64,000 nucleotides of DNA from Candidatus Latescibacterota bacterium (GCA_965222605.1 OZ244960.1:3520001-3584000), one strand, 5' to 3'. Counted from the first letter of the stretch, positions 46,735 through 57,600 are shown. Notes: a model not told the origin generated them from the sequence alone. A program made the numbers and translations.

Positions 46735-48677
46735 TACAAAAAATCTATCAGGTCGTCGTTTTTTAGACGGTCATTTTGTATGGTGAGGATCGCTTCGGGA
46801 TAAAGTGCATAGGCCGCTTCTGCCCATGAGGTGTCGAAGGCATCGCCCGTGTTGTGTAATAATAAATTATTCGGGGCGATGAGCGCGGCGGCATTGGGCA
46901 AGCCACCCGCTTTGAGAATGCCCGGGATGGGCAGGCGATTGAGGTAGTCGTTTTCGCTTGTGGTGTTGAATGCGCCGATGTCGGATACAATTTGTAGATC
47001 GGTGCGTTCTGAGAATGCACCTGCGATTATGGCCCAGAGTCCGGCATTGCCAAAGCCGACGATGTTTGCCCGACCACCGGGTATGTGGCGCAACGCGAGT
47101 GCGATATCGTATATGCGCTCGGCGGCGTCGGTGCGGTTAAAGGTGTTGAAGAATCTCCCGTTCCCGCGCGGTTCTTCGGGATTTTCTTGGTCGATATTTT
47201 GGCCTGTGTCGAAGGGGTCTATGGCATAGACGGTGTGACCTTTGTCGAGGAGGGCATGGATGATGGGTGAGTACAGGGCGTTTATGCCATGCGGGTGAAT
47301 TAAAAGGGTGGATGTATCGGAGGGGGATTCAGGTGTGAAGGTGCGGATGGGGACGCGCACTTTGCGGCGGTTGCCAATCAGTGTTCCGTCTTCACAGGTG
47401 AGGTGCGAGATCTGGGTTTTAGCGTTGTGTTGATAAGTGACTGTGGTGTGGTCGTAACCAATGGCGATGCACAGGGCTTCGCCCAGGGTGCGTCGATTTT
47501 CAGCGAGTGCGTCGGGTGTGTTTGGGCGATGGGTTTCCAGTGTGGTTTTGGATGCGGCGATGCACTGGCGAATGAGGTCTTCGTGTTGCGTAATTGCGCC
47601 GTCGGGCAGGCCATCGAAAAAGGCGAGCATGTCTTTGTGTTCTTCGAGTTCAAAGGGCGGTTCGCTAAAGTTGTCGTCAAAGGGCAGGTCGAGCCAGCGG
47701 GCAAACCAGCGGTACACGGCTTCGCGCATTTCGAGGTTGTAGCCGTGGGGCGCGTCAATCTGGATTTGAGAGATGCGGTCGTCGGCGTCGTAGAGGTCGT
47801 ATATGCGTTTGATGGCGGGGTATTCGACGTCGGGGGTGTGTTGCGTCCAGTCCTGTGAGGAACTGACGAGGATGAGGGGTTTGGGTGCGAAGGTGGCGCC
47901 GATATCGACGTTGTTGGTGTCAATGCGCAGGAGGGGCGCGTTTTCACAGACACAGCCTCCTTGCATGTAGGCGGAGACCATGCAGACGGGTGCGGCGACG
48001 TGCAGGCGGTCGTCAACGGCATAGAGGTTATAGGTTTGGGTCCCTCCGCCCGATTCGCCTGTGCAACCCAGGCGGTTGGTATCGACTTCGGGGAGTTCGC
48101 AGAGGAAGTCGAGTGCGCGGATGCTGTTCCAGAGTTGAAGCCCCAGGATGCCGATGTTCCAGAGCATTCGGTCGTCTTGTCTGTGGGGCCAGGGTGCGCG
48201 GTGTACAATACCGTAGGTTTCTTCCTGGTATGCGCCTGAGAGATGTCGGGCGCTGTCGTTGTAATCGACCATGTCCCACATGAAGGCTGTGCAGCCCATT
48301 CGGGCAAAGGTGAGGCCCCGGCCCGGATAGGATGTGTCGCCGTGTTGCAGGCGGCCGAGTTGTGCATGCCCGTGTGGGCTTAAGATGCCGGGGTGGTTTT
48401 TGGGTTGTGGGTTGAGGGGACGAAAGAGGCTGCCGCCCACGTAGAAGTTGGGCAAGCTCTGGAAGTAGGCTTTTTCGATGGTGTACTCGTCGCGCTCGAT
48501 GCGGTTGTAGATGTGGATGTCGAGCGGGGTTTTTTCGGGCATTGGGCAGAGGCCAGCGGCAAAGAGGATTTGCTTTTTGAGTCTCGCCTTTTCTCGTTCC
48601 CATGTTTCGCGGTTGGGATATGTTGCGGGCGTAAATTCGGTGTTGGTGTGCGGGAGGTTTTGCCATCGGGGGTCCAT
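46734..48677 (-). CDS. Alpha/beta hydrolase (acetyl xylan esterase-like), two-domain
   Basis: LSPHGH, GCTGESGGGTQT nucleophile elbow, GGCVCEN, APHGY. Confidence 0.8.
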   Translation of the reverse strand: MDPRWQNLPHTNTEFTPATYPNRETWEREKARLKKQILFAAGLCPMPEKTPLDIHIYNRIERDEYTIEKAYFQSLPNFYVGGSLFRPLNPQPKNHPGILSPHGHAQLGRLQHGDTSYPGRGLTFARMGCTAFMWDMVDYNDSARHLSGAYQEETYGIVHRAPWPHRQDDRMLWNIGILGLQLWNSIRALDFLCELPEVDTNRLGCTGESGGGTQTYNLYAVDDRLHVAAPVCMVSAYMQGGCVCENAPLLRIDTNNVDIGATFAPKPLILVSSSQDWTQHTPDVEYPAIKRIYDLYDADDRISQIQIDAPHGYNLEMREAVYRWFARWLDLPFDDNFSEPPFELEEHKDMLAFFDGLPDGAITQHEDLIRQCIAASKTTLETHRPNTPDALAENRRTLGEALCIAIGYDHTTVTYQHNAKTQISHLTCEDGTLIGNRRKVRVPIRTFTPESPSDTSTLLIHPHGINALYSPIIHALLDKGHTVYAIDPFDTGQNIDQENPEEPRGNGRFFNTFNRTDAAERIYDIALALRHIPGGRANIVGFGNAGLWAIIAGAFSERTDLQIVSDIGAFNTTSENDYLNRLPIPGILKAGGLPNAAALIAPNNLLLHNTGDAFDTSWAEAAYALYPEAILTIQNDRLKNDDLIDFL

Positions 48678-48695
48678 GGGGTGCTCCTGTGTGAG

Positions 48696-49964
48696 TTATT
48701 TTTTTTCAATCGCCGCTGGGGCGCCGAAGTATTTTTTCAGGCGTTTTGCGTCGTATTTTTCCCGGCGGTCATAGGTGTAGATGCCGTTTTGTTCTTGTTC
48801 GATGTCGGTGAGTTGCGTGTAGCAATACCCGGCGATGTTGGGGTGGTTGAGGAGTATGGCTGTGAGTTTTTCGATGCGGTGATATACTTCTTCGATGTCG
48901 GTGGGGCGTTTGCCATAGCCCCAACTGCTTTTGCGGTCTGCGGCTTGTTCTGTTTCGACGGCATTGGGATCCCACCATGTGCCGCCGTATTCATCGACGA
49001 CGTAGGGTTGTCCCTGATACGGTACACACATTTCGGGGAAGCGGATGGGTGTGTTTTCCCATACAAGGCGCAGGAAGATGGGGGTGTTGTTGAGGTAGAA
49101 TTTGTGGCCTTCGATATGAAATTTTCGCAGTCCGGCATAGCTGTTGACGGCGTCGATGGTGGTGTCGCCGTCGCAGAGTTCAAAGCGGAGGTCGTAGAGA
49201 TGGGGGTTGGCTGGCGACCAGGGTTGCGGGTTTTTGATGCGCAAAGACATGGCAGCGCCGCTTGTGGCGGGCATGGTGGAGACCGCGACTTCTTCTTTGC
49301 CGTTGAGGAGAACAGCGCGGAAGGTGTGTCCGCGATGCGCGTTTTTGAATGTGGGGGTGAGTACAAAGCGGCTGCTGTCGAGGTCGGGTACGATACGCAC
49401 AGAGTCGATGCGCGATTCGGGTACGGCTTCGAGCCAGACGGTTTGCCATATCCCCGTGACGCGCGTGTAGTGGCAGCCGCGGGAATAGAGGTCGGGGCAT
49501 TGTTTGCCCGATGGCTGATCGCCGGAGCGCGTGTCGTCATTGGCGCAGATGACGAGATGGTTTGCGTTAGAAGAGAGCGCGTCTGGGATGTCAAATGTGA
49601 AGGATGAACTGCCGCCGTAATGCTGTCCGATAAGATGACCATTGACCCAGGCTTTGCAGTGGTAATCGACCGCGCCGAAGTGCAGGAGAACGCGCTTGCC
49701 GGTCCATTCGTCGGGGATATCGAGGGTGCGATGATACCAGACCGAGGGCATGAAATCCGTGTATTGTATGCCCGAGAGGCTGGATTCTGGACAGAAGGGG
49801 ACGGTGATGGCGCGGTCTAAATCAGCGGGATTTTGGGGCCAGCCTTTGGCTTCGCCGGATTGTCCAACGTCAATGGCGAATTTCCAGGTGCCGTTGAGGT
49901 TTAACCATGTGTTGCGCTGAAATTGCGGACGAGGGTGTTCGGGTCGCGGTTGTGTATCGGGCAT
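48696..49964 (-). pseudogene. GH2 glycoside hydrolase with in-frame deletion of most of the TIM-barrel catalytic domain
   Basis: PRPEHPRPQ, LHFGAVDY and TGIWQTVWLE are present; PIFLRLV joins almost directly to GQPYVVDEYGG; LDQG...RLHQK...HPSI..W...NE segment absent. Confidence 0.72.
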
Positions 49965-49983
49965 GAAATGCTCCTTTAAAAAA

Positions 49984-50079
49984 GCTATCAGCAGTCAGCA
50001 GTCAGCAGTCAGCGAAGCATGTGCTACTCATTAAAGCCGTCATTGCGGCATGGTTTTAGCCGCAATCCAGAAGGTTTTT
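49984..50079. repeat. Heptamer (GCAGTCA)n repeat followed by REP-like element copy 2
   Basis: gctatca-gcagtca x3; GCCGTCATTGCGGC-atggtttta-GCCGCAATCCAGAAGGTTTTT (50036-50079). Confidence 0.8.
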
Positions 50080-50121
50080 GTTATTCCTGTCGTCTCTTCT
50101 CACCTTTTACGTCTAACGGAA

Positions 50122-51567
50122 TCAAAATCCTGCTTCCCTCCGTGGCAAAGGATCAACGGTCCAGGCCATGCGGTCGGCAAGGCGGGTCATGAGGTCGAGT
50201 CGTACAGAGGTGTAGTCGGGGTTGTTCCACTGGTTGTGCGTTTCAGTGGGATCGGTTTCGAGGTCGTAGAGTTCGCCGCCGCCCGTGCCGTGTGCGGCGA
50301 CGAGTTTGTAGCGGTCGGTGCGTACCATGGTGGCATGGGCTGGCGGGTTTTTATGGCCGGGCATGGCGTTGTAGTATTCGCAGTAGATGTCGTCGCGATG
50401 CTGGTCGAGGGGCGCGTCGCCTTTCAGGAGCGGGAGGAGGGTGCGGCCCTGCATGGCGGGGTGGATGTCGAGGCCGACCCATTCGAGGATGGTGGGTGCG
50501 AGGTCAACGAGTTCGACGAGTGCCGTGGAGCGCGAGCCGTCGTTGCGAAGGCCGGGTCCTGAGATGAGGAGGGGGACGCGCACAGCGGGTTCGTAGAAGA
50601 AGGGTCCTTTGAGATAGATGCCGTGGTCGCCGAGCATTTCGCCGTGGTCAGAGGTGAAGATGATGCAGGTGTTGTCGCGTTGACCGGTTTCTTCAAGGCA
50701 GGTAAGCAGGTGTCCAATTTGGCGGTCAATTACATCGACCATGGCCCAGTACGCTGCGGTGACCCAGCGGTGATCGGTGTCGGTCATTTGATCGTACGCA
50801 TACATACCTCTGCCGCCGTAGGAGCCACCGTGATCGATGCGTTGCCAGATGGGTTTGTCGTCGAGTTCGCCTTCGACGTAGTTGGGCAAGGGTAGGTCGT
50901 CAATTATATCGCGGTAGCGTTTGAGGTCTTCGCGCGGGGGATCAAAGGCGTGATGCGGGTCAAAGGGGTTGAGCGAAAAGGTCCAGGGTATGCCTTCTTC
51001 AGCGCATCGGCGGATGAAGGTGATGGCGCGTTGGATGCAATAGGTGGTCTGGCTGTGTTCTTCAGAGGGGAGTACCTGTACGTATCGAGAATCGGGAAAA
51101 GTCTGGATATCGCGCTTCAGGCCCTTGTCGCGCAACCACTGGTGATAGTCATTGGTGGGCCATCTGGGGGCGGGGTCGTGTGACCAGAAGAACTGGTCGT
51201 AGCCGTCGCCTATGCGGCGTTCTGTGCCGTGACACGCGCTGGGGTTGCATGCTGAGATGTGGAGTTTGCCCGATAGGCCGCATACGTATCCGGCGTCGTG
51301 GAGCATTTTGGTGACGGGGATTTCGTCGCTGGGAATGGATTGGCCGTTTTGTCGGCAGCGCGTGGTGCGCGGGTAGCGTCCGGTGAGAAAGCTGGATCGG
51401 CTGGGTGTGCAGACGGGACTTTGCGAGAAGGCGTATTCAAAGAGGATGCTTTGTTCGGCGAGGCGATCCAGGTTGGGGGTGTAGGTATAGGGATTGCCAT
51501 AACAGCCGAGGGTGTCAAAGCGCTGCTGGTCCGTGCAGATCCAGAGGATGTTTGGTTTGTCAGACAT
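50122..51567 (-). CDS. Sulfatase (Cys-type; choline-sulfatase-like)
   Basis: PNILWICTDQQR, CTPSRSSFLTG, GKLH, SDHGEMLGDHG. Confidence 0.92.
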   Translation of the reverse strand: MSDKPNILWICTDQQRFDTLGCYGNPYTYTPNLDRLAEQSILFEYAFSQSPVCTPSRSSFLTGRYPRTTRCRQNGQSIPSDEIPVTKMLHDAGYVCGLSGKLHISACNPSACHGTERRIGDGYDQFFWSHDPAPRWPTNDYHQWLRDKGLKRDIQTFPDSRYVQVLPSEEHSQTTYCIQRAITFIRRCAEEGIPWTFSLNPFDPHHAFDPPREDLKRYRDIIDDLPLPNYVEGELDDKPIWQRIDHGGSYGGRGMYAYDQMTDTDHRWVTAAYWAMVDVIDRQIGHLLTCLEETGQRDNTCIIFTSDHGEMLGDHGIYLKGPFFYEPAVRVPLLISGPGLRNDGSRSTALVELVDLAPTILEWVGLDIHPAMQGRTLLPLLKGDAPLDQHRDDIYCEYYNAMPGHKNPPAHATMVRTDRYKLVAAHGTGGGELYDLETDPTETHNQWNNPDYTSVRLDLMTRLADRMAWTVDPLPRREAGF

Positions 51568-51830
51568 GAAGACCTCAATTTGAAACGGGTGAGTACATCT
51601 CCCGCAGATATGATCCATGATTGTAGGAGAGGGACTATATAAGACCATCTCGCTCGTGATAGTCACTCATGCATGAAGGGTATTGGCTCAATGTGCAAGT
51701 CAAATATGACGTGTTGATTTGCTCTCTTGATGTTCTTTCCGTCTTGCATTGAATTGCATTTCAACATAACTTTGGGTATATTCCAAATCGTTGATGTGTG
51801 CTTTGGACTACATGGTGAGGAACGAATGCT

Positions 51831-52079
51831 ATGACCGATACATATACAGCAACTGGAACACTGGTTGATGGCCGTACAGTAACACTGAATAGGGAAATTC
51901 CGATACCAAAGGGCAAGGTGCGCGTTGTTGTCAAATCTTTGGAGGAAGTCTCAAAACGTCCTGTGCACGATGTGCTTTCAGATATTCATAAAAAACAAAA
52001 TGCCCGTGGTCACATACCTCCAGTGCGCGAGCAAGTAGATACATATTTGCAAGCAGAACGCGATAGTTGGAATGACTGA
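51831..52079 (+). CDS. Putative VapB-type antitoxin
   Basis: Short beta-rich N-terminus (ATGTLVDGRTVTL...KVRVVV); acidic C-terminal helix ending ERDSWND; immediately upstream of a PIN relic. Confidence 0.7.
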   Translation: MTDTYTATGTLVDGRTVTLNREIPIPKGKVRVVVKSLEEVSKRPVHDVLSDIHKKQNARGHIPPVREQVDTYLQAERDSWND

Positions 52080-52081
52080 TC

Positions 52082-52216
52082 ATGCGCCTGTATTTGGATA
52101 CAGCCCCGGTCATTTTATCTGGGGCGGCTATTATCTCGAAATGCGATATATTTTTGACGAATGATCGAAGGTTAGAGCGTTTTAAGGATACTCATATCAC
52201 GGTGAAAAGGATTTGA
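52082..52216 (+). pseudogene. Internally deleted PIN (VapC) toxin, 44 codons
   Basis: MRLYLDTAPVI-LSG-AAIISKCDIFLTNDRRLERF: PIN N- and C-terminal motifs joined with the core missing. Confidence 0.8.
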
Positions 52217-52298
52217 AGCCATGCTCAAAGTTGAGCGTGGCTTTTTGTATATTGACGTGGTCAATCAAAAGTTTTTGGTATAATGGAAAGGAGTTTGC

Positions 52299-53696
52299 AT
52301 GATAAGCAAGCCAAATATTATTTACTTGTTGGCCGATGACTGGGGGTACGGGGATGTGAGTTGTTTGAATCCCGATTCGAAGATTCCAACGCCGCATACC
52401 GATCAACTCGCGTCTGAAGGGATGATTTTTACGGATGCACATAGCAATTCTGCGGTGTGTACGCCCACGCGGTATGGGGTGATGACGGGGCGTTATTGCT
52501 GGCGGTCGCGGTTGAAGCGCGGGGTTTTAGGTGGATATTCTGATCCGTTGCTTGAAGATGGGCGGATGACTGTGCCATCGCAGTTGCGCGATGAGGGTTA
52601 TACGACGGCGTGCGTGGGTAAGTGGCATTTGGGGTTGGGTTGGCAGGTTAGAGATGGGGCTGAGAGGGCGAATGGGGAGACGGTGAATTTTTCCGCGCCG
52701 TTGACAAATGGACCCCATACGGTGGGTTTTGATTATTCGTTTATTATTCCGGCGTCGCTGGATATGGATCCGTATTGTTATATTGAAGATGGGGTGGTGG
52801 TGGAGCAACCGATTGAGGAGACTGCGGATTCGCCCAGGCCAGCATTTTGGCGAGGGGGTGCGTGTGCGCCCGGGTTTATGCATGATACGTGTTTGCTGGA
52901 GTTGACGATTCGCGCCGAGGGGTTTATCAATCAGCACGCGAAAGAGAATGAGGATAAGCCGTTCTTTTTGTATTTTCCAGCGCCTTCGCCGCATACGCCG
53001 CATTTTGCGCGGGGGCGATTTGCAGGGCGAAGCCAGGCGGGGGAATACGGCGATTATGTGACGGAGCACGATTGGAGTGTTGGGCGCATTTTGGCGGCGG
53101 TGAAGCGCAATGGGTTGGCGGATGATACGCTGATTATTGTGACGAGTGATAATGGCTGTCACGAAGAGCCGATAGGGCTGAAGGAGAAGTACGATCATTT
53201 GGGGAATTATATTTATCGGGGGCAAAAGTCCGATGCATGGGATGGCGGGCATCGCATTCCGTTTATCGCTTCGTGGCCGGGGGTGATTGCGCCGGGGTCG
53301 CGTTGTGATAAGACGGTGTGTTTGACGGATTTGCTGGCGACTGTGGCCGGGATTTGCGATGTGGATTTGCCGAGGGATGCGGGGGAGGATAGTTATAATA
53401 TTTTGCCGTATATGCGGGGCGATCAGGAGGAGACGATTCGGGAGGCGACGGTGCATCATTCGATTAGCGGGGAGTTTGCAATTCGCAAGGATCAGTGGAA
53501 GCTGGTGGCATGCCGCGGTTCGGGTGGGTGGAGTTTGAAAGAAGCAGATGTGCCAGCGGATGCACCGCCGATGCAGCTTTACGATATGGCTTCTGATCCG
53601 GAGGAGCAGAATAATTTATACGACGAAAAGTCAGAGGTGGCAGAAGAGTTGCTCGGGATTTTGGATCGGTATCGGGAAGGCGATAGGAGTACATAA
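52299..53696 (+). CDS. Arylsulfatase (Cys-type)
   Basis: PNIIYLLADDWGYGD, CTPTRYGVMTGR, GKWHLG, TSDNG. Confidence 0.93.
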   Translation: MISKPNIIYLLADDWGYGDVSCLNPDSKIPTPHTDQLASEGMIFTDAHSNSAVCTPTRYGVMTGRYCWRSRLKRGVLGGYSDPLLEDGRMTVPSQLRDEGYTTACVGKWHLGLGWQVRDGAERANGETVNFSAPLTNGPHTVGFDYSFIIPASLDMDPYCYIEDGVVVEQPIEETADSPRPAFWRGGACAPGFMHDTCLLELTIRAEGFINQHAKENEDKPFFLYFPAPSPHTPHFARGRFAGRSQAGEYGDYVTEHDWSVGRILAAVKRNGLADDTLIIVTSDNGCHEEPIGLKEKYDHLGNYIYRGQKSDAWDGGHRIPFIASWPGVIAPGSRCDKTVCLTDLLATVAGICDVDLPRDAGEDSYNILPYMRGDQEETIREATVHHSISGEFAIRKDQWKLVACRGSGGWSLKEADVPADAPPMQLYDMASDPEEQNNLYDEKSEVAEELLGILDRYREGDRST

Positions 53697-53707
53697 GAGG
53701 AGGCGTT

Positions 53708-53830
53708 ATGGAACGGGAAAAGTATGTTTTGCGGTTAAAGGTGATCGAGGTTTTGCGCCGTTATAGCAAGGTGCAACAGCATTTTTACATTATGCGGGAG
53801 TGGAAAAAACGCTGGATTCGTCCGAATTGA
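53708..53830 (+). CDS. Small 40-aa ORF or gene relic
   Basis: Strong RBS GAGGAGG directly after the sulfatase stop; MEREKYVLRLKVIEVLRRYSKVQQHFYIMREWKKRWIRPN. Confidence 0.35.
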   Translation: MEREKYVLRLKVIEVLRRYSKVQQHFYIMREWKKRWIRPN

Positions 53831-53850
53831 GAGTAGAGAACCCCTGATGA

Positions 53851-54633
53851 TCAGAACTCCTTGCGCGCACAGAAGTAGCCTTCGCTGAGCGATAATCGCA
53901 GGCCGCTGCGCCAGTTGCCTGCAAAACCGTCGGCGGCTATTTCGTGCACTTCCAGTACCGTGTAAGCGCCGTCGAAGAGCATGTCGTCTCGTCGATTGGC
54001 GTCTGCACCCAGGCGCAACAATATGCGGCGTGCGCCATCGCGGTCGCTTTCGAGTATGAGAACGCCCGGTGCTTGCGGGTCTTCACTATCGGGGTCGCCG
54101 ACCTCATAAGCACCAACTGCGCGGAGATTTATGTCTGTAAATCCGTATAATGGCGTCGCTGAATTGCCCAATGAGTCGAGTTCCGACGGTTGTTGGCGCA
54201 GGGTGAGTGTGCCCTGCGCGGAGCGGGCGTCGCTGCCGTTGACTACTTCTATAAGTGTTAGTCGGTATTGCCCAGCTCTGTCCGATAGGGTCACGTTGGG
54301 GTGCAGACTATTGGAAGTTGGCATGCAGGTGGGCGGCAGGCGTTTTACCTCTTTGCCGAAGTTATCGACAAAGATCAGAAAATCGGAGATCCCAATCTCG
54401 CCATTGCCGTCCAGGTCGTATGTTGACTCATACTCCTCTTGATCTTCCTTTGAGCCGAATGCCTCGACAAATAACAAAAAATCGGGAATCCCCACGACCC
54501 CATTTCCGTCAAAGTCCGGGGATGGGGGGCTGTTATTCTGGGAAAAAAGAGACCACGGGAAGAACAAGAGTATCAGGCTCAGCAGACTGGCAGTGCCGAG
54601 CGCGAGTGGGAATATTTTAATAATGCGCAACAT
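53851..54633 (-). CDS. Secreted protein with dockerin-like double EF-hand and C-terminal beta domain
   Basis: Signal/anchor helix; PDFDGNGVVGIPDFLLFV...YDLDGNGEIGISDFLIFV. Confidence 0.8.
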   Translation of the reverse strand: MLRIIKIFPLALGTASLLSLILLFFPWSLFSQNNSPPSPDFDGNGVVGIPDFLLFVEAFGSKEDQEEYESTYDLDGNGEIGISDFLIFVDNFGKEVKRLPPTCMPTSNSLHPNVTLSDRAGQYRLTLIEVVNGSDARSAQGTLTLRQQPSELDSLGNSATPLYGFTDINLRAVGAYEVGDPDSEDPQAPGVLILESDRDGARRILLRLGADANRRDDMLFDGAYTVLEVHEIAADGFAGNWRSGLRLSLSEGYFCARKEF

Positions 54634-57600
54634 TAGTTACCCGCTGGCTTTAGATTCAAGGTAATAGGCTCGGGCTTATCTGGCCCTGCGTCGGGGTGTA
54701 TTGTGATGGTACAGTTGATCGGGAGACCCTCAGCCGCTCTTACACCGGTAGTAGAGGAAGAGGAAGGTAGGGTGTACGCGTCGGCCTGCGTGACATCGAC
54801 GCGATAGCCTAAATCGGCGAGCGATTGGATCGTGATCGCGCTCATTGGGTATGGACCTGTCGAGGCTAATCTGGGCGTCATGAGTTCGTTGTCGAGCACA
54901 GATTCCCGCCAGTGACTGTCCCGGTTACCCGCTCCTCCGTACGAGTTCTCCACCGGCACCTTTGCGCCCATATAGCTCGACCCACCTGCGGCATTGAAAG
55001 CCGCAATCGCATTTGCACCCGAGAAATGCGTGTCGGGCGCGGGAACAATGCGGTTGTTATACACGTCGATGGATGGGTTCTTCAGCAGGTTGTGATCATC
55101 CCAGGGTTCAACGCCAAATCCCAGGGTGTGACCTATCTCGTGCAGGATAAGGGCTGCCAATAGTTGGTTAGACATAGTACCCAGGTCGTCCTCGTCAAGT
55201 TCGATGCCAGCTGCGATTGGCAGGGAGGACGGAATGCGCCACAGATCTGGTCCCGCTTGTCCGAGTGTGCCTCCTTCTCCGTCAATTTCCTCAATTTCCA
55301 CATAGATCCTCAGATCATCGACAACTTCGGGAGCGGTGGTCCCTGGATAAATTCTGTTCAAGAAGCTGCGGCTGCTACTGGACAAATGATGGTTGGGAAT
55401 GTCGCCCGCGATGATTTGCTCCCAACGCTGGGTAGCGGTTTCAACTGCTGTCCGGTATTTTGAGGAGATGCTGCCGACAAAGACAAGGTCGATATCGAAG
55501 GAAGGGGTTCCATCTGTGGTCGCTTCGGCAGTCGCGGAGCGAACGCCTATTACGCTGTCGCCACAATCCGTGCCGAGGTATCCGTAATCGGCCTCATAAG
55601 TGGTGCCTGGCTCAAAGAAATCGGAGATCAGGTCTTCCAGCGTTATCGGAAAGGTAGTGGGGATATTGTTATCGTTCGCGATGATAACGCACCCTGCAGC
55701 CCCCCCCGCGATAGGCGTCTTTTGCCGAACTCTGATCCGATAAGCCCGGATTTCGTTGGCTGCAAAATTATCGGTGAATCCAATTGTGAAGAGGTTCCCG
55801 CTGATGCTCAGGGTGGGGGCTGATAAGGTCGGTGTCTGGATATTCGCATCGAAGGTTGTTGAGGTGCTTGCACCCCAGGGATCGGTTGCCGTTACGGTAA
55901 TGGTCGCAGTGCCTGTGGCCACTGGGGTGATCAGGACCACGTTATTGCTCATCTGCACGGTCGCGGCGGCACTGTTGCTCGACGATGCCGTATATCGCAG
56001 GCGAGAATCGTCGGGATCGTCGAAGACGTCATCCACATCTACCCTCTCGACAGCACCCCCTGCGGGAAGCGTTACATCGTCGATGCTGCTGGCTATCGGC
56101 GAGGTATTGGGGATCGTCATCTCGGCCGAAGGAGACCACTCGCTCTCCCCTTCGTCATTGATCGCCCGCACCTGCACTTCATAAGTCTGGTTTCGATTCA
56201 ATTCCTCGATCCGCACCGGCCAGTCCCGGTCCGGGCCCAGGGTGAGGCTTGTGCTTTTGAAGTCGCCGGTGTTCACGACGCGATACTGAATGTCATAGGC
56301 GGTGATGTCAGGACCCGTATTCGTCGGCTGTGTCCGGCCCTGGCTCACCTCGATAATGGGAACTCTAACGCCGGAAAGAACCAGTATTGGTGCTGGTGGC
56401 TGTCCCGGCGGTTCATCTACATCATCTACGACGACGGTTATGGTCTGAGTCGCTGTTCTTTCTCTGGTGCCCGTGCCACTGGTCGCCGTGACCACGATGA
56501 CGTATCTGTTATTGCTCGCTGTGGTAGATGGTCGTTCGTAGTCGGGGGCGGTCACAAAGGTCAATACACCCCCGCTCGTGATCGAGAATAGCGCCTGGGC
56601 AGCACCGCCGGTAATCTCATAGCCCGTGATGTAGTCTCTCGCATCGGCATCTGTGGCGACTACCGTGCCGACCTCGGTTTCGTTTTCGTCTATATCAAAG
56701 ATATTGGCACTGGTGAAGACCGGCGAGTTGTTGGTGCTGACATCTACCTCTGCAATTGTCACGGTTACGTTTTCCGCGGTCACGCTTTGATAGTTTCCAC
56801 CGCTTACTGCGTGGGTCAGCGTGACCGTGTCATCCGTGTTATCTGTGTCGGTCTGTGTGGTGACAGTCACGGCTTGCGAAGTGTTCCAATTGTCCTGTGT
56901 GAATGTTAGTGGCGATGGGGACGCTGAGGCATCAGAACCTGTCGGTACGGTCACGGTGACGGTCACGTCGGCGGTCGGTTGCGAGGTCAGAACCGCTGTG
57001 TACGTGTCGCTGTTGCCCTCCGGTATGGTCAATGCGGTAGGATAGATGTTCACACCGGGTTCTGCATCTATCACTGTCAGTGGCAAGTCGGTGGATTTGA
57101 CGAGCGCGTATCCGCTGTCATCCGGAGGCAAGTCTGGCAATGTTCCGATGTCAGCGGTGACGGCAGCGGTGGTGCCTGTTGTGCGGGAAATTGTGAGGGT
57201 ATTGCTTTGTATGTTGCCCTGAGAGATTTCAATGCTGCTTGCGCCGCCGTCAATGGTGCCATTGACCACATAGAGTGGCAGGAGCATTGCAAAGGGCGCG
57301 CCGGTGTGTGCTTTAGCCCTGAATATACCGGAGGTAACTGATTCCAGGGAAATGGTAATGGGCAGGGGATCAACTGTGTTGCTCTCCAGTTTGAGCGTTG
57401 TCAGTTCGGTCAGTTTAAAAAATACGCTATCGGGCAGGCTGCTGAGGTTGTTATAAGACAGCTTGAGGGTTGTCAGCTCAGTTAGTTTGGAAAATACGCT
57501 ATTGGGCAGGCTGCTGAGGTTGTTGTTATCCAACCAGAGTGTTTTCAGCGCGGTTAGACCAGAAAATGTGTTCGCGTTCAGGCTGCTGAGTTCGTGGCTG

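Noticed and set aside
45734-49642. Long antisense or alternate-frame ORFs (e.g. 45734-46498, 47378-48367, 48393-49607; also 2818-3600, 32623-33804, 59592-60893)
   Set aside because: Shadows of recognisable genes caused by strong strand codon bias; no motifs or RBS.
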